A DNA stretch of 64,000 nt from Polyangiaceae bacterium (GCA_965222375.1 CBDCTZ010000016.1:2752001-2816000); one strand, 5' to 3'; shown: positions 29,523 to 39,914, counted from the stretch's first letter. Notes: a model not told the origin generated them from the sequence alone. Translations and numbers: made by a program.

Positions 29523-31343
29523 ATGAGAGCAGGACTGACAGTGCTGGCGCTTTCCCTTCTATTTGGGTGCAGCGGTGACAAGGTGAGGTTGGGCGAGACG
29601 GGCGGTGCGGGCGGGCTCGCGGGTGCCGGGAATGCCTCGGGCGCGGCTGGTGGTGGTGCAGGCGGCGCTTCCGGCAACGGGGGCATGGGTGCTTTCCCTG
29701 GTCAGAAGAGCTTGGATCTCGATCTGCTTTTTGTGATCGACAACTCTCTCTCTCAAGCCGACAAGCAACAGGTGTTGAACCGCAGCATGGACGAGTTGCT
29801 GTCTCGGCTGACCAATCCGCGCTGTGTCGACTCGTCGGGCAAACCAGTCGCACAACCCGATACACCCGACCAAGCCTGCCCTACAGGGAGCGAGCGCGAA
29901 ATGGCTGCGGTGAAGAGCCTGCATGTTGGCGCGATCAGTTCCAGCCTGGGTGCGCACGGAGGGGAAACCTGCAGCGCAACGTCGCCGAACTTCAAGCCAG
30001 ATCAAGATGACCGCGCGCGATTGGTTGCGCCCCGGCGCGGAATCCACACCCACGAGAATCAGGGTTTTTTCAGCTGGGGGTCGAGCACGGGGCCCGGCGC
30101 GCTGACCAGCATTCCCGAACTGGTGAAGGCAACTGCCGCCTTGATCACCGCCGTCGGTGAGACGGGCTGCGGCTACGAGGCGCCGCTTGAGGCTATGTAC
30201 CGGTTCTTGGTCGCACCGAATCCTCCCATGATTGTGAAGGAAGAGGGAGGGTTCACCGTTGCCTCCGGCACCGACACGGTGCTGCTCGAGCAGCGCGCGA
30301 AGTTCCTCCGTCCGGGCTCGACCCTAGCGGTCGTGGTGCTAACGGACGAGAACGACTGTTCCATCCGTGATGACGGCCAAAGCTGGATCGTGACCAGCGC
30401 CACTCCCGGGTTGCCTCGCGCGACATCCGCCTGTCAGGTCAACCCGGACGATTCATGTTGCACGTCGTGTGCAGCGCCACCTCCCGCAGGATGTTCGCCG
30501 CACGAACAGGACTCGGAGTGCAGCAAGAACGGAGGCAACTTCACGGCGCCCGAAGACCACGTCAACATCCGCTGTCACGATCAGAAGCGCCGCTTTGGCG
30601 TTGACTTCTTGTATCCAGTCGAGCGCTACGTCCGCGGGTTCTCTCAGAGCACGGTGGAGAATCGAGATGGCAAGGCCGTCGAAAACCCGCTGTTTGCCGA
30701 GATCGGAGGCAAGCAGCGCCATAGCAGCCAGGTTGTTCTTTCGACTATCACCGGCGTGCCCTGGCAGCTGATCGCAACTCAAGACAGCTTGGCGCCGACG
30801 GCACCTCTCGCGCTAATGACACCAGCCGAATTGATTGCATCGGGCACATGGGACAAGCTCGTACCCAAGGGAAATACACCCCCCACTGATCCGCACATGG
30901 TTGAGTCGCCCCTGCCACGCCCTGGGTTGCCGGGGCCGAGCGCGGGACTCCTGGAGGACCCGATGCACGGACACGAATGGGATGTGGCGAAGGCCTTCGG
31001 CGCGCCACAAGGGCCCGGAGATCTCCAGTACGCCTGCATCTTCAAATTGCCGGAGCCGCGCGACTGCACGAGCGCCATCGGTGGCTGTGACTGCGTCACG
31101 GCAGGCCCAAAAGGAAGCAGCCCGCTGTGCCAGGAGACGAACGGCGCATACTCTTCGATACAGCGATACGGCAAGGCGTACCCGGGTTTGCGGCAGCTCG
31201 AAGTCACGCGCCAGCTGGCAGACCGCGGCATCGTGGGTTCCATCTGCCCCAAGACCCTCGAGGGCAGCATCCGGGACTCCGGCTTCGGCTACAATCCAGT
31301 GTTCGAACCGCTGCTTACACGACTACGAGCGTCGCTTGAATAG
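29523..31343 (+). CDS. Cys-rich lipoprotein with VWA-like motif
   Basis: LFGC lipobox, DLLFVIDNS, GCGYEAPLE, LTDENDCS, many Cys pairs; GAGG Shine-Dalgarno. Confidence 0.75.
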   Translation: MRAGLTVLALSLLFGCSGDKVRLGETGGAGGLAGAGNASGAAGGGAGGASGNGGMGAFPGQKSLDLDLLFVIDNSLSQADKQQVLNRSMDELLSRLTNPRCVDSSGKPVAQPDTPDQACPTGSEREMAAVKSLHVGAISSSLGAHGGETCSATSPNFKPDQDDRARLVAPRRGIHTHENQGFFSWGSSTGPGALTSIPELVKATAALITAVGETGCGYEAPLEAMYRFLVAPNPPMIVKEEGGFTVASGTDTVLLEQRAKFLRPGSTLAVVVLTDENDCSIRDDGQSWIVTSATPGLPRATSACQVNPDDSCCTSCAAPPPAGCSPHEQDSECSKNGGNFTAPEDHVNIRCHDQKRRFGVDFLYPVERYVRGFSQSTVENRDGKAVENPLFAEIGGKQRHSSQVVLSTITGVPWQLIATQDSLAPTAPLALMTPAELIASGTWDKLVPKGNTPPTDPHMVESPLPRPGLPGPSAGLLEDPMHGHEWDVAKAFGAPQGPGDLQYACIFKLPEPRDCTSAIGGCDCVTAGPKGSSPLCQETNGAYSSIQRYGKAYPGLRQLEVTRQLADRGIVGSICPKTLEGSIRDSGFGYNPVFEPLLTRLRASLE

Positions 31344-31393
31344 CGCGCCCGGTCTCACCAGGTGTGAATCCCGGCGGCGGTAGCTGCCTCCGA

Positions 31394-31417
31394 GCAGGGG
31401 GCTGAGCCCCCGCCTGC
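31394..31417. terminator. Possible hairpin between convergent genes
   Basis: GCAGGGGGCTGAGCCCCCGCCTGC can fold into a stem; no U-tract. Confidence 0.3.
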
Positions 31418-31428
31418 GACCGTACGGA

Positions 31429-33549
31429 CTAGTTGAACGTCGGCAAGTGTGAGTACTCCTTGGAGTACTCGAGCTGTTGCGTGGCGAAGGCCTCGGGGTA
31501 CTCGACTTTCACTGCGGTGATGGCCCCGTCCTTCTCGGTAGCCACCAGTTTTGGCTGAATGAACGCCGAGAACGGCTTAGCGGGCAGCTTGCCGTAGCGC
31601 TCGAGTACTTCCTCGTGGAGCTTGCGGTCCACCTTCACGCCGTAGGTCTCGATGAGCTTCTTGCCCGCGGCGAGGTCGCCTTGGCTCTTGATGCGCTGGA
31701 CCTCCTTCAACAGCTCGCCCCAGAGCTCGCGCAGAGCATCGTAGTCCCGGATGACGAAGTAGGTCTTGCCGTCCTTCTCCAGCTTTTCGATGATCTTCTT
31801 GTCCTTGCCCTTCTCATAGGCCCACCAGCAGACCAGGGCGCGATTGCGCATGTGGGATTGCTCTATGTTCGAGCCTAGCTTCACCCGGGCAAGCTGCACG
31901 AGGAGCCCGTTGCGCACGTAGCTGTCGTATGCAGCCTTGCCTACGTCCATGGACTTCATCACGCCCAGCTCCATGAGCTTCTTGTCCATTACGTAGTAGA
32001 GGCCGACCAAGTCGGCCCGAGTTTCTTCCAAAGCGGCGGAGTAGTTCTTCAGGGCGTCACCGGCGACGCCCTCTTCGAGCTGTCCCGAGGCGTGACCGAT
32101 CACCTCGTGCATGTCCACTTTCAGGTTCATGCCCTCGTTGCCATGCTCCTTGGCGCGTTTGATCTCCTCTGGCGAGGAAGCAAACTCGTCCAAGACACCG
32201 CTGTCTTTGGACGCCTCGTTGTAGGCGTCGACGATGTTGCCCAAAAACACCGACTTGGAGCCGGCCTCCTTCCGGATCCAATCCGCATTCGGCAGGTTGA
32301 TGCCAATGGGAGTTGTCGGCGCGGCGTCTCCGCTCTCCACGATGATGGTGATCACCTTGGCCGAGATCCCCACGACCTTCTTTTTCTTGTGCTCGTCGGC
32401 AATGGGAGAGTTGTCCTCAAACCATTGCGCCGACCCGCCGATGGTCGCAATCCGCTTGGAGCGGACCATGTCCTTCAGGCTGAGCACGGCTTCATAAGTC
32501 GCACGGTAACCCAGGGGGTCCCCGTAGGTTTCGATGAAGCCGTGAACCACGTCGATGCGGGACTCCGTGTCTTTCACCCAAGCCACGCTGTAGTCGTCGA
32601 AGTCCTTGAGGTCCCCGCTTTTGTAGTACTTGATCAATAGCTCCAGCGCGGTCTTCTGCTTGTCGTTTTCCGCGACGCTGACGGCCTTCTCCAACCAGTG
32701 CACCATCTTCTCGATGGCGGCCGAGTACATTCCGCCAACCTTCCAAACCTTTTCCGTCAGCTTCCCGTCTGCTTTGACGAGTTTGGAGTTGAGCCCGTGG
32801 CTGATGGGGCGGGTGTCTTTCGGGTCTTTGAGCTTCTTGTAGAAACCCTCGACTTCTTTCTGGCTCACGTTGCCATAGAAGTTGTTCGCGGATGCCTTGA
32901 TCACATCCACGCCCGCCTTGCGATTGACCCGAACGGCGTACTTCTTGTCATCGAACAGAATGTCCGCGAGCTTTTCTGAAAGAGTGTCGGGTGCGAGTTT
33001 TTCCTCGCTGCCGGGCCAGGGGTCCAACGGCAACAGCTTGGCGTCAGCTCCCTTGATCAGTTTGGCCAGGGCTTCCTTGTCGAAACCGGGGTCGATCTTG
33101 GCGCTGGAATAGCCGTGGTGGATACCGTTGTGGACCCAGACCTGCTTGGCGAAGGCCAGGGCGGCCTTGTACTCTTCCGAGTCCTTCGCCTTGTAGCTCT
33201 GCAGGATAGCCTCGAGGGTTCGGCGCACGACCAGGTTGAACGCGAAGTTCTGATCGTAGGTGATGTCTCGACCCGAGATCGCCGCCTTGTAAAGGTAGTA
33301 GGCCAGCTCCTTCTGCTTCGGCGCCAAGGTGTCAAAGCCAGGGACCTGGTAGCGAAGAACCTGGTGGTCCGCGACGGTTTCTACAACCACCTTGAACGGT
33401 GCCGCTGGGGGATCGGGCAGCGGGGGCATCGAGGCCGCGGACGCCGATGGCGCTGCGGAGCCCGCCGTCGTGGGGTTCGTCGTCGGCTTGTCCTCACAGG
33501 CTGCAAGGCTCAATAACACGGTGGCTACCAGGTAATTGCGGAGTTTCAC
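31429..33549 (-). CDS. Dipeptidyl-peptidase III (M49 family) lipoprotein
   Basis: HEVIGH hexapeptide, EETRAD, ETYGDP, GINLPN; LAAC lipobox after GTG 33549. Confidence 0.92.
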   Translation of the reverse strand: MKLRNYLVATVLLSLAACEDKPTTNPTTAGSAAPSASAASMPPLPDPPAAPFKVVVETVADHQVLRYQVPGFDTLAPKQKELAYYLYKAAISGRDITYDQNFAFNLVVRRTLEAILQSYKAKDSEEYKAALAFAKQVWVHNGIHHGYSSAKIDPGFDKEALAKLIKGADAKLLPLDPWPGSEEKLAPDTLSEKLADILFDDKKYAVRVNRKAGVDVIKASANNFYGNVSQKEVEGFYKKLKDPKDTRPISHGLNSKLVKADGKLTEKVWKVGGMYSAAIEKMVHWLEKAVSVAENDKQKTALELLIKYYKSGDLKDFDDYSVAWVKDTESRIDVVHGFIETYGDPLGYRATYEAVLSLKDMVRSKRIATIGGSAQWFEDNSPIADEHKKKKVVGISAKVITIIVESGDAAPTTPIGINLPNADWIRKEAGSKSVFLGNIVDAYNEASKDSGVLDEFASSPEEIKRAKEHGNEGMNLKVDMHEVIGHASGQLEEGVAGDALKNYSAALEETRADLVGLYYVMDKKLMELGVMKSMDVGKAAYDSYVRNGLLVQLARVKLGSNIEQSHMRNRALVCWWAYEKGKDKKIIEKLEKDGKTYFVIRDYDALRELWGELLKEVQRIKSQGDLAAGKKLIETYGVKVDRKLHEEVLERYGKLPAKPFSAFIQPKLVATEKDGAITAVKVEYPEAFATQQLEYSKEYSHLPTFN

Positions 33550-33794
33550 GGGCCATGGGGTGCCATGGGCTCTCGCCGATTGCAACGGCTGAGCGGTCCG
33601 GCGCGCGGCATCTGGCCCGCGAGGCGTTGGGGCACTGACTGCGGGTGCGTGAAGGCATTTCGAACGCGGACAAACAGCGTCGAACACGGCGTCGTCGTCA
33701 CTCCTTTGCCCGCTGTTGCTACTTTTTCGGGGCGGGCAACAGCTGCGGCGCGGAAACGTTGTAAAGCCGCCGGCATTGCTTTACGCAGCAGAGC

Positions 33795-35639
33795 GTGAGC
33801 CAAGACGCCCTCATCGTCTTCGCGACCCTGGCTGTCACGATCATCTTGTTCGTCAGCGACCGAGTTCGCCTGGACGTCGTGGCGCTGATGTCTTTGCTCG
33901 TGTTGTTGCTGACGGGTGTGCTCACCCCCAAAGAGGGACTTGTCGGCTTTTCGAACCCTATCGTGCTGATGATCGCCGGGCTGTTCGTCGTCGGGGGAGC
34001 GCTCAGCGCCACCGGGGTGGCCGATTGGTTGGGCACGAAGCTCGGCGCTGTCGCGGGCACACAGGAGGTGCGACTTCTCGTCGTCATCATGGCGGCAACT
34101 GCAGTTCTATCGGCGTTCATGAGCTCGACGGGGACCGTGGCCGTTCTACTGCCAGTGGTGGGAACCCTGGCCCGGCGCGCGAGAATCAACCCGGCCCGTT
34201 TGTTGATGCCCATGGCATTCGCTTCGCTTCTGGGAGGCTTGCTGACGTTGATCGGCACTCCGCCGAACATTGTGGTTGCTGACCAGCTGCGCGCCCAGGG
34301 GGTCGAGCCCTTTCGTTTCTTCACCTTCACACCACCGGGATTGATTCTGCTGGTGGTGGGCATCACGTTCATGGCGCTGGTAGGGCGCTACATGTTGCCG
34401 GGTGGCAGTCGGGCCGCGAGCGGACCCGAATCCATGCCGCCGAGCGCGTTGATGGCGGACATCGCTCGGGAGTACGGCCTTGACGGACAACTGCATCACG
34501 TAGCGGTGCCCGAAACGTCTCCGGCTCTTGGCAAGACCCTGCGGCAGTTGAACCTGCGGGCGAGGTTTGAGCTGACCGTCGTCGGCATCCAACGCAAGAC
34601 CGAAAGTTCCAGCTTTGCGGTCCCGGTGCTACCCACCGCCGCCCTGCGCGCCGGGGACGTCCTCATGGTGCAGGGCAGCGCTGAAGCGACGGAAAGTGCG
34701 GCTGCGGAACTATCCTTGCGCAACACTCCGGATCCCGTCGACCTCACTCTGCCCGGCGATGAGTCCATTGCTGAAGTCGTCATCCCACGTCGCTCTCATC
34801 TGATCGGGCGCAGCTTGCGCAAGGTCCGGTTTCGGGATCGCTTCCGCGCCACAGTGCTTGCCGTGCGTCGCGCTGGGCATCACACCGCCGAGCCCAACGA
34901 TTTCTTTGCGACTCGAGACCTACGCTTGCAGAGCGGCGATACCCTGCTGATCAAGGGGCCGATCAAGCACCTGAAAGTGCTGGTCGACGAACGCCGGGAC
35001 TTCATCATGGTTACAGAGCCTCGCGCGCCCGAGGACGTAGAGGTGAGTGGCTTCCAAGCCCTAGCCGCCATCGTCATCACTCTTGGCATGTTGGTGCTGA
35101 TGGCGTTTGGCATCGTGCCGAACGTCGTGGCAGTGCTTTTGGCGGCCGTCAGCATGGTGCTCGTCGGCTGCCTCGATACGAATCAGGCATACCGCGGCGT
35201 CAATTGGGAGAGCGTCGTGTTGATTGCCGCGATCCTGCCCATGGCGACAGCGTTGGAAAGGACTGGCGGCATGAAGTTGGCTGTGGACGCCTTGGTGAGC
35301 GGCCTCGGCGGGCACGGTCCCTACGTGCTCTTGGGAGCACTGTTTCTGCTCACGTCTGCCTTCAGCCAGGTGATCTCGAATACCGCTACAACCGTGCTGG
35401 TGGCTCCCATCGCCTACAAAGTGGCGGTGGACCTGGGGCTCTCGCCGCATACGTTCTTGATGACCGTGGCGATCGCTGCTTCCACCGCCTTCGCGACGCC
35501 CATCTCGTCGCCGGTCAACACGCTGGTACTCAACCCCGGGGGCTACAAGTTCTTCGACTACCTCAAAGTGGGCGTCAGTTTGCAGCTCGTCCTTCTCGTC
35601 GTCACGCTGGTCATCGTGCCCTGGCTGTTCCCCCTGTAA
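33795..35639 (+). CDS. SLC13/CitMHS-type anion transporter with two TrkA-C domains
   Basis: LTLIGTPPN, ISNTAT, ATPISSPVN, GGYKFFDY; central RCK-C repeats. Confidence 0.9.
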   Translation: MSQDALIVFATLAVTIILFVSDRVRLDVVALMSLLVLLLTGVLTPKEGLVGFSNPIVLMIAGLFVVGGALSATGVADWLGTKLGAVAGTQEVRLLVVIMAATAVLSAFMSSTGTVAVLLPVVGTLARRARINPARLLMPMAFASLLGGLLTLIGTPPNIVVADQLRAQGVEPFRFFTFTPPGLILLVVGITFMALVGRYMLPGGSRAASGPESMPPSALMADIAREYGLDGQLHHVAVPETSPALGKTLRQLNLRARFELTVVGIQRKTESSSFAVPVLPTAALRAGDVLMVQGSAEATESAAAELSLRNTPDPVDLTLPGDESIAEVVIPRRSHLIGRSLRKVRFRDRFRATVLAVRRAGHHTAEPNDFFATRDLRLQSGDTLLIKGPIKHLKVLVDERRDFIMVTEPRAPEDVEVSGFQALAAIVITLGMLVLMAFGIVPNVVAVLLAAVSMVLVGCLDTNQAYRGVNWESVVLIAAILPMATALERTGGMKLAVDALVSGLGGHGPYVLLGALFLLTSAFSQVISNTATTVLVAPIAYKVAVDLGLSPHTFLMTVAIAASTAFATPISSPVNTLVLNPGGYKFFDYLKVGVSLQLVLLVVTLVIVPWLFPL

Positions 35640-35846
35640 GCGCAGACGACAACACACACCGTGTCACGTGCCGTGCGTAACGGGCGCGTCCTAGGAGGCG
35701 GGCCCGTCGGCGTTCCCTCGAGGGTGTTTCGGTCCCGTACCCGCGCTTGAGGCTTGGTTTTTGGGGTCGAGTCCCAGTCCAGGTTGGGCCATTACTTCCG
35801 CCCCTGGGCCCGTTGCGGCAGTACCGTCGGTGGTTAGTTTGACTCC

Positions 35847-36473
35847 ATGGCTAGCGAAAGCCGCAGGGCCCACTGGGACGACGTGTACGGGCGCAAAGGG
35901 CCTGAAGACGTCAGCTGGTTTCAACCAAGCCTTTTTGTGTCGTTGAAACTGATCGATGACATTGGCCTGGAGCCCTCTGCTCGCATCATCGATGTGGGCG
36001 GTGGGACATCGACCTTGGTCGACGACCTGCAGGCACGCGGCTTTCGCGACCTGACCGTGCTCGATATCTCCCATCAAGCTCTAGCCGCGACGAGCGAGCG
36101 CCTCGGCTCCGCCGCGGAGTCTGTCCATTGGATCGCTTCGGACGTCACCGAAGCGAAGCTTCCCGAAGCCCACTACGATCTCTGGCACGATCGGGCCGTC
36201 TTTCACTTCCTTACGGATCTCGAGGCGCGTGAGAAATACGTCGAACTTGCTCGGCGCTCCCTCAAACCCGGTGGGCACATCATCGTGGCTACCTTCGGGC
36301 TCGACGGCCCGGAACAGTGCAGTGGCTTGGACGTGGTCCGCTACGACCCCGAGGCGCTGCACAGCGAGTTCGGCACTCCCTTCCTCAAGGTTCATCAGCT
36401 CGAGGAGTCTCACCAGACCCCCTGGGGGGCGCAGCAGGAGTTCATCTATTGCTACTGTCGTCGGTCGCCCTAG
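35847..36473 (+). CDS. Class I SAM-dependent methyltransferase (TPMT-like)
   Basis: HWDDVY, VSWFQ, IDVGGG, YDLWHDRAVFHFL, GPEQCSGL. Confidence 0.88.
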   Translation: MASESRRAHWDDVYGRKGPEDVSWFQPSLFVSLKLIDDIGLEPSARIIDVGGGTSTLVDDLQARGFRDLTVLDISHQALAATSERLGSAAESVHWIASDVTEAKLPEAHYDLWHDRAVFHFLTDLEAREKYVELARRSLKPGGHIIVATFGLDGPEQCSGLDVVRYDPEALHSEFGTPFLKVHQLEESHQTPWGAQQEFIYCYCRRSP

Positions 36474-36601
36474 CTTCCGCTTGACCCTCGAGCCCTAACA
36501 AGTTGGCCGAGCCTCCGGTCTCGAAACCCTCAGCGCACTGGTCCGCCGCGGGTTCGGTGCAACGCTGCTCTTGCCACGGTGTATGCTCTTCGAGTTGGAC
36601 G

Positions 36602-38698
36602 ATGACGTCGGAAGCTCCCACTGGCTGGCACAAGTCCGTTTGCCCGTACTGTGGCGTGGGATGCGGCGTTGACATTGGTGTTCGAAACGACCGAGTCGTG
36701 GCCGTACGCGGCACCAAAGAGCACCCAGTGAACCGCGGGGACCTTTGCGCCTTAGGTAACAACCTCGTCGATATTCTCGAGACCGAGGACCGGCTCCACT
36801 ATCCCATGCACCGCGTCGCGGGTGAGCTGCGCCGCGCTTCTTGGCCGGCAGCGACACAGGAGGTTGCTGCACGGCTGGGAGCAATCCTAGAGCGTAGTGG
36901 TCCGGATGCGTTTGCGATGTACGTCAGCGCATCGGAGTACATCGAGGAATACTACGTCTACAACAAGTTCGTTAAGGGTTGCATTGGTACGAACAACTTG
37001 GAGTCCAGCGCTCGGTTGTGCTGGGCGAGCGGCGTTGCCGGGCTCGTTCGAGCGTTTGGAGCAGACTGCCCACCCTGCGCCTACGACGACATCGAGCAGG
37101 CAGATCTGTTCATCATATCAGGCTACAACCCGGCTTGGTCGAAGCCTGTCTTCTTCAGGCGTTTGCTTCGGGCCAAGGAGCGCGGCGCGTCGATGATCGC
37201 CGTCGACCCTCGTGTGACAGAAACGAGCCGTCGAGCCGATCTGCACCTACGTTTGAAACCGGGAACCGACGTGGCGTTGCACAACGGCATCGCCCACGTG
37301 TTGCTCGAGCGCGGTCTGATCGATCCAGCGGAGGCAGCGACCATCACTTCGAACTCCGAAGACTTTGCACGCCACGTCAGTCGGTTCACACCCGAACTCG
37401 CGGCCGGAATCACCGGCTTGGAGCCGCGCCAGCTGGTGCAAGCGGCCGAGATGATCGGCCGCGCGAGTGCGGCGTTGTTCTCATGGGGGCAAGGCCTGAA
37501 CCAGAGCAGCATTGGCACGCGAAAGGTGGCGACGTTCCTCAATCTGGCGTTCATCACAGGGAATCTGGGGCGGCCCGGGGCCGGCCCCCTGGCGGTTACC
37601 GGGCAAAGCAACGCCATGGGACTGCGCGAAGTGGGGGCGCTTCCCCATTTGCTTCCGGGCTTCCGCGCAGTTGGGGATGCCAGCGCGCGCGAGGCGATTG
37701 CAGAGATCTGGGGAGTCGACGCGAAACGCCTCAGCCCGACTCCTGGCAAGACCCTTCCCGCGATTCTCGAGAGTATCGAGCGTGGTGAGCTCGAGGCGCT
37801 TTGGGTGATTCACGCAAACCCCGCCGCGACCTTTCCAGATTCATCTTGGGTGCGGTCAGTGCTGGCGAAGCTGAAGCTGCTGGTTGTTCAAGACTGCTAC
37901 CATCCAACGGAAACGACTCAGCTCGCGGACGTGCTGCTCCCGGCCGCGCAGTGGGCCGAGAAGCCGGGCACGGTGACCAACTCGGAGCGCGGCCTCAATC
38001 TCGTGGAGCAGGCCGTGGAGCCGCCGGGCGAGGCCAGAGCGGACCTCGACATCGTGTGCGACGTTGCTCACAAGCTCGGGTTCGGCGAACACTTCGACTA
38101 TGCCGACACGGAGGCAATCTTCGAAGAATTCAAGGGCTGCACGTCGGGTCGCCCGAATGACATCCGCGGTGTGGACTATGCGCGCTTGCGACGCGAGCCG
38201 GGGATCCAATGGCCTGTTGCGACAGCCAGTGATCCCGGGACCAAGCGTCGCTTCGTCGATAGATGTTTTCCCGCAGGCAGGTTGCAGCTTGGAATCTTCC
38301 AGCACAGTGACGCGAAAGAGCTGCCTGACGACGACTATCCCTACCTGCTAATCACTGGGGTGACTGTCGCGCAGTTTCATTCCCGCACTCGCACCAGCAA
38401 GGTCCCGAGCCTGCAGCAGGCGGCGCCCGAGCCGCTCGTCGACATCCACCCTCGCGACGCATCGCGGGCCGGGCTGGATGACGGCGACTGGGTGGAGCTA
38501 GAGAGCCGCCGAGGTCGAGTCCGCGCTCGAGCCAGATTGAGCGACACCATCTGCGAGGGGTCGGTTTTCATCCCGTACCACTTCGGCCAGCTTGCCGGTG
38601 CCGACTGCGCCATCAACTCGCTGACCCACCGCGCCTTCGACGAGTTCGGTGGGCAGCCCGAGTACAAGGCCTGCGCGGTCAGAGTCACGCGGCTCTGA
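36602..38698 (+). CDS. Molybdopterin oxidoreductase, assimilatory nitrate reductase (NasA/NarB)-like, divergent active site
   Basis: CPYCGVGC..C 4Fe-4S motif, NNLESSARLC, GQSNAMG.RE, TNSER, HSRTRT, PEYKACAV; no Tat signal. Confidence 0.85.
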   Translation: MTSEAPTGWHKSVCPYCGVGCGVDIGVRNDRVVAVRGTKEHPVNRGDLCALGNNLVDILETEDRLHYPMHRVAGELRRASWPAATQEVAARLGAILERSGPDAFAMYVSASEYIEEYYVYNKFVKGCIGTNNLESSARLCWASGVAGLVRAFGADCPPCAYDDIEQADLFIISGYNPAWSKPVFFRRLLRAKERGASMIAVDPRVTETSRRADLHLRLKPGTDVALHNGIAHVLLERGLIDPAEAATITSNSEDFARHVSRFTPELAAGITGLEPRQLVQAAEMIGRASAALFSWGQGLNQSSIGTRKVATFLNLAFITGNLGRPGAGPLAVTGQSNAMGLREVGALPHLLPGFRAVGDASAREAIAEIWGVDAKRLSPTPGKTLPAILESIERGELEALWVIHANPAATFPDSSWVRSVLAKLKLLVVQDCYHPTETTQLADVLLPAAQWAEKPGTVTNSERGLNLVEQAVEPPGEARADLDIVCDVAHKLGFGEHFDYADTEAIFEEFKGCTSGRPNDIRGVDYARLRREPGIQWPVATASDPGTKRRFVDRCFPAGRLQLGIFQHSDAKELPDDDYPYLLITGVTVAQFHSRTRTSKVPSLQQAAPEPLVDIHPRDASRAGLDDGDWVELESRRGRVRARARLSDTICEGSVFIPYHFGQLAGADCAINSLTHRAFDEFGGQPEYKACAVRVTRL

Positions 38699-38898
38699 CC
38701 CAAGCCCTCAGCTCTTGCTGGCCAAGCGCGCAGCAACGCCGGCCTCTCCGCCCAGCTCCCGTGAGTGTCAAAGCAAGTTGGACCGGGTGTCAGGGGCTCG
38801 ACACCGCGGTGTGGTCATCGCGAGCAGTGGATCTGTGAAATCTCCGCTATTTGGCGTGCCTCCGTGAGTTGTCACGGACCTTGCAAAGGTCCCCGGGC

Positions 38899-39543
38899 AT
38901 GAACTCCCACGCTCGAGTCTTCGACGAACTTGCCGACGAAGAGAAACATTCCGTCGATACGTGGTCAGACGAGCTCCGGCCCCCTTCGGATTCGGTCGTC
39001 CGCCTACGATCACCATTCATGCAACCCCGCGTTCAAATGCCGCCGCCACCGCGGCTGCCCGCCGAGCCCCAAAACGCCGTGGACGACGGCTGGCTCGCAC
39101 TACTCGGTGAGGCCCTAGCGACGGCGCCCGAACCAGCCGTCACGTCTACTCAGAGTGAAAGTCCGTCAAGCACGCGCAGCGGTGTCGGCGCCAGCGAGCG
39201 GCCGAACGGTCGCAGCCTGAGCCCCAGAGCGGTGCTGCTGAACCAGGCCGATTCCATTTTCGTCGAGATCGACATGCCAGGTCTTGGCGCAGCCGATCTC
39301 GATGTCTCCGTGGCCCACGACGTCCTCGTGGTTTCCGCGGAGGTTCCCCGAGGAGCGCCGCCGGACTTCGAGGCGGTCGAGTTGGAACGGCCTAGAGGGC
39401 GGCTCGAGCGCCGGCTCAAGTTGCTTTCGGCGGTGGATACGGAAGATGTCTCTGCCGTGATGGAGGCTGGGGTCCTGCAGATCACCCTGAAGAAGATCGA
39501 GACGGACGCACCGAGCCGGATGCCCGTGCGAGAAATATCCTAG
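38899..39543 (+). CDS. Hsp20/alpha-crystallin family protein with long N-terminal extension
   Basis: DMPG, ERPRGRLERRL, AVMEAGVLQITL. Confidence 0.75.
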   Translation: MNSHARVFDELADEEKHSVDTWSDELRPPSDSVVRLRSPFMQPRVQMPPPPRLPAEPQNAVDDGWLALLGEALATAPEPAVTSTQSESPSSTRSGVGASERPNGRSLSPRAVLLNQADSIFVEIDMPGLGAADLDVSVAHDVLVVSAEVPRGAPPDFEAVELERPRGRLERRLKLLSAVDTEDVSAVMEAGVLQITLKKIETDAPSRMPVREIS

Positions 39544-39554
39544 GAGCGGGACCA

Positions 39555-39914
39555 ATGACTCAGCAAGCATCTCCCCAAAGCACCCGCTCGCCCAACGTAG
39601 AAGCGCCCCGGGTGGATATCTACGAAAACGAGCGAGCGTGGTTGATGGTCTTCGACGTGCCTGGAGTACACCATGACGGCCTCGAGCTCACCCTTAGCCA
39701 GGCCAAGCTGTCGGTGCGAGCGAAGCGCGCGTTCGAGAGCCGGGCGGGTGCTCGTGCCCTGCTCTACCAACGCGACGTGCCGGTGTCTCCGGAGCTTGGC
39801 CCGAGTTCCGTGGACGCGACTTTGAAGCAAGGACAGCTGAAAGTGCGTCTGCTGAAAGCGCCTCCGCCTCCGGTGCCGGTTCTTGTCGCCGAGCTCTTGC
39901 ACGACGACTACTGA
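39555..39914 (+). CDS. Hsp20/alpha-crystallin family protein
   Basis: PRVDIYE, DVPGV, ATLKQGQL; AGGAG Shine-Dalgarno. Confidence 0.8.
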   Translation: MTQQASPQSTRSPNVEAPRVDIYENERAWLMVFDVPGVHHDGLELTLSQAKLSVRAKRAFESRAGARALLYQRDVPVSPELGPSSVDATLKQGQLKVRLLKAPPPPVPVLVAELLHDDY

